In this document: one piece after another, positions 61,135-64,000 of the stretch
How the letters are laid out: each line of letters opens with the position of its first letter
Numbering within the stretch: the first letter of the stretch is position 1
NCBI RefSeq assembly: GCF_009914755.1
Contig: NC_060931.1
Length of the DNA: 64,000 nt
Origin: the human T2T-CHM13v2.0 reference genome, Homo sapiens
Strand: one strand, 5' to 3'
Notes under the pieces: model-generated
The model's input: the letters and a program-made list of their open reading frames with translations, nothing else
Databases searched by the model: none
What the model was told of the DNA's origin: nothing
Translations under genes and position numbers: made by a program

Positions 61135-64000
61135 CATTCTTCTCTCTTTTCTTTTTTATTAGTCTGGCTAGTAGTCTACCTATTTTGTTGATCTTTTGAA
61201 AAAACCAGCTCCTGGATTCATTGATTTTTTTGAAGGGTTTTTCATATCTCTATCTCTGTTCTGCTCTGATCTTAGTTATTTCTTATCTTCTGCTAGCTTT
61301 TGAATTTGCTTGTTCTTGCTTCTTTGTTCTTTTAATTGTGATGTTAGGGTGTCAATTTTAGATCTTTCCTGCTTTCTCCTCTGGGCATTTCATGCTATAA
61401 ATTTCCCTCTAAACACTGTTGTGGCTGTGTTCCAGATATTCTGGTATGTTGTGTCCGTGTTCACATTGGTTTCAAATAACTTATTTATTTCTGCCTTCAT
61501 TTTGTTATTTACTTAGTAGTCATTCAGGAGAAAGTTGTTCAGTTTCAATGTAGTTGTGCAGTTTTGAGTGAGTTTCTTAATCCTGAGTTCTAATTTCATT
61601 GCACTGTGGTCTGAGAGACTGTTTGTTATGATTTCCATTCTTTTGGGTTTGCTGAGGAATGTTTTACTTCCAATTATGTGGTCAATTTTAGAATAAGTGC
61701 GATTTGGGGCTGAAAAGAATGTATATTCTGTCAATTTGGGGTGGAGAGTTTGGTAGATGTCTATTAGGTCTGCTTGGTCAAGAGCTGGGTTCAAGTCCTG
61801 AATATCCTTATTAATTTTCTGTCTCATTGACCTGTCTAATATTGACAGTGGGGTGTTAAAGCCTCCACTATTATTGTGTGGGAGTCTAAGTCTCTTTGTA
61901 GGTCTCTAAAAACTTGCTTTATGAATATGGTTGCTCCTGTACTGGGTGCATATATATTTAGGATAGTTAGCTCTTCTTGTTGCATTGATCCCTTTACCAT
62001 TACGTAATGCCCTTTTTGTCCTTTTTGATCTTTGTTGGTTTAAAGTCTGTTTTATCAGAGACTAGGATTGCAACCTCTGCTTTTTTTTTTTTTTTTTTTT
62101 TTTTTTTGCTTTCCATTTGCTTGGTAAATATTCCTCCATCCCTTTATTTTGAGCCTATGTGTGTCTTCGCACTTGAGATGGCTCTCTTGAATATAGCATA
62201 CTGATGGGCCTTGACTGTTTATCCAATTTGCCAGTCTGTGTCTTTTAATTGGGGCATTTAGCCCATTTACATTTAAGGTTAATATTGTTACGTGTGACTT
62301 TTATCCTGTCATTATGATCTAGCTGGTTATTCTGCCAGTTAATTATTGAAGTTTTTTTCATAGTGTTGATGGTCTTTACAATTTGGTATGTTTTTGCAGT
62401 GGTTGGTACTGATTTTTCCTTTCCTTGTTTAGTGCTTCCTTCAGTATCTCTTGTAAGGCAGGCCTAGTGGTGCTGGTGCCAAAATCCCTCAGCATTTGCT
62501 TGACTGTAAAGGATTTTATTTCTCCTTCACTTAAGAAGTTTAGTTTGGCTGGGTTGAAATTCTGGGTTGAAAATTCTTCTCTTTAAGAATGTTGAGTATT
62601 GGCCTCCACTCTCTTTGGTTTGTAGGGTTTCTGCAGAGAGATCTGCTGTTAGTCTGATGGGCTTCCCTTTGTGGGTAACTTGACCTTTCTCTCTGGCTGT
62701 CCTTAACATTTTTTTTCTCCATTTCAACCTTGGTGAATCTGACGATTATATGTCTTGGGGTTGCTCTTCTTGAGGAGTATCTTTGTGGTGTTCTCTGTAT
62801 TTCCTGAATTTGAATGTTGGCCTGTCTTGCTAGATTGGGGAAGTTCTCCTGGATAATATCCTGAAGAGTGTTTTCCAACTTGGTCAGGTCGTTTATGTTC
62901 TTTTCTAAACTGGCTATTCTAGTTAACATTTCCTCTAACCTTTTTTCAAGGTTCTCAGCTTCCTTGCCTTGGGTTAGAACATGCTCTTTTAGCTCAGAGG
63001 AGTTTGTTACCCATCTTCTGAAGCCTACTGCTATCAATTCGTCAAACTCATTCTCCATCCAGTTTTGTTCCCTTGCTGGCGAGGAGTTGTGATCCTTTGG
63101 AGGAGAAGAGGTCTTCTGGATTTTGGAATTTTCGGCCTTTTTGCACTGGTTTTTCCTTATCTCTGTGGTCTTTGGTCTTTGATGTTGGTGAAGTTCGGAT
63201 GGAGTTTCTGTGTGGAAATCCTTTTGGTTGATGTTGATGCTATTCCTTTCTGTTTGTTAGTTTTGCTTCTAACAGTCAGGCCCCTCTGCTGCAGGTCTGC
63301 TGGAGTTCACTGGAGGTGTACTCTAGACTCTGTTTGTCTAGGTTTCACCAGTGGAGGCTGCAGAAAAGCAGAGATTGCTGCCTGTTCCTGTTTCTGGAAG
63401 CTTAATCCCAGGGGGGCACCTGCCACATGCCAGTTGTAGCTCTTCTCTATGAGGTGTCTGTTGACCCCTGCTGGAAAGTGTCTCCCAGTCAGGAGGCACA
63501 GGGGTCAGTGATCCACTTGAGGAGGCAGTCTGTCCCTTAGCAGAGCTCGAGTGCTGTGCTGCAGGATCTGCTGCTCTCTTCAGTGCTGGCAGGCAGGAGT
63601 GTTTAAGTCTGCTGAAGCTGCACCCACAGCCACTCCTTCCCCTAGGTGCTGTCCCTGGGAGATAGGAGTTTGATCTATAAGCTCCAGACTGGAGCTGCTG
63701 CTTTTCTTTCAGAGATGCCCTGCCCAGAGAGGAGTAATCTAGAGAGGCAGTCTGGCTACAGTGACTTCATGGAGCTGCAGCGGGCTCCGCCAAGTTCAAA
63801 CTCCCCAGTGGCTTTGTTTACACTGTCTGGGGAAAACTGCCTACTCAAGCCTCAGTAATGGCAGATGTCCCTACCCCCATCAAGCTTGAGCATCCCAGGT
63901 TGACTTCAGACTGCTGTGCTGGCAGGAAGAATTTCAAGCCAGTGGGTCTTAACTTGCTGGGATCCATGCGGGTGGGATCTGCTGAGCTAGACCACTTGGC
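61135..64000 (-). mobile_element. L1PA7/8-like segment: ORF2 N-terminal part, ORF1 with internal deletion, and 5'UTR running off the window
   Basis: Minus-strand MRQKINKDIQDL...LLNDY; ORF1 peptide with NINDL|TKLENTLQD deletion junction near 62885; no polyA at the left end. Confidence 0.9.

Overview
Human (primate) non-coding, transposon-dense genomic DNA. An AluYa5 with all five diagnostic bases points to human. No host protein-coding gene, RNA gene or CRISPR array is supported. Main contents: (i) a full-length L1PA2/3-like element (14305-19823) whose 5'UTR is precisely spliced (SpIRE97/622 type), with intact ORF1 and an AluYa5 in its tail; (ii) a nested inverted L1 pair (31918-42163) in which a full-length minus-strand L1 sits inside a 5'-truncated plus-strand L1; the two share private mutations and a 181-bp perfect inverted identity (gene-conversion signature), and the unit is flanked by a ~81-bp target-site duplication; (iii) complete THE1, MST and HERV-L/MLT2A elements with TSDs; (iv) a degenerate ~170-bp tandem repeat with apparent trimeric higher-order structure (53549-61102) that I do not recognise, split by the HERV-L; (v) many Alu, MIR, L2, MER, Tigger1 and old L1M fragments, plus several fold-back or templated micro-insertions. 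Subfamily names come from recalled consensus features and need RepeatMasker/Dfam confirmation. Coordinates were counted by hand.
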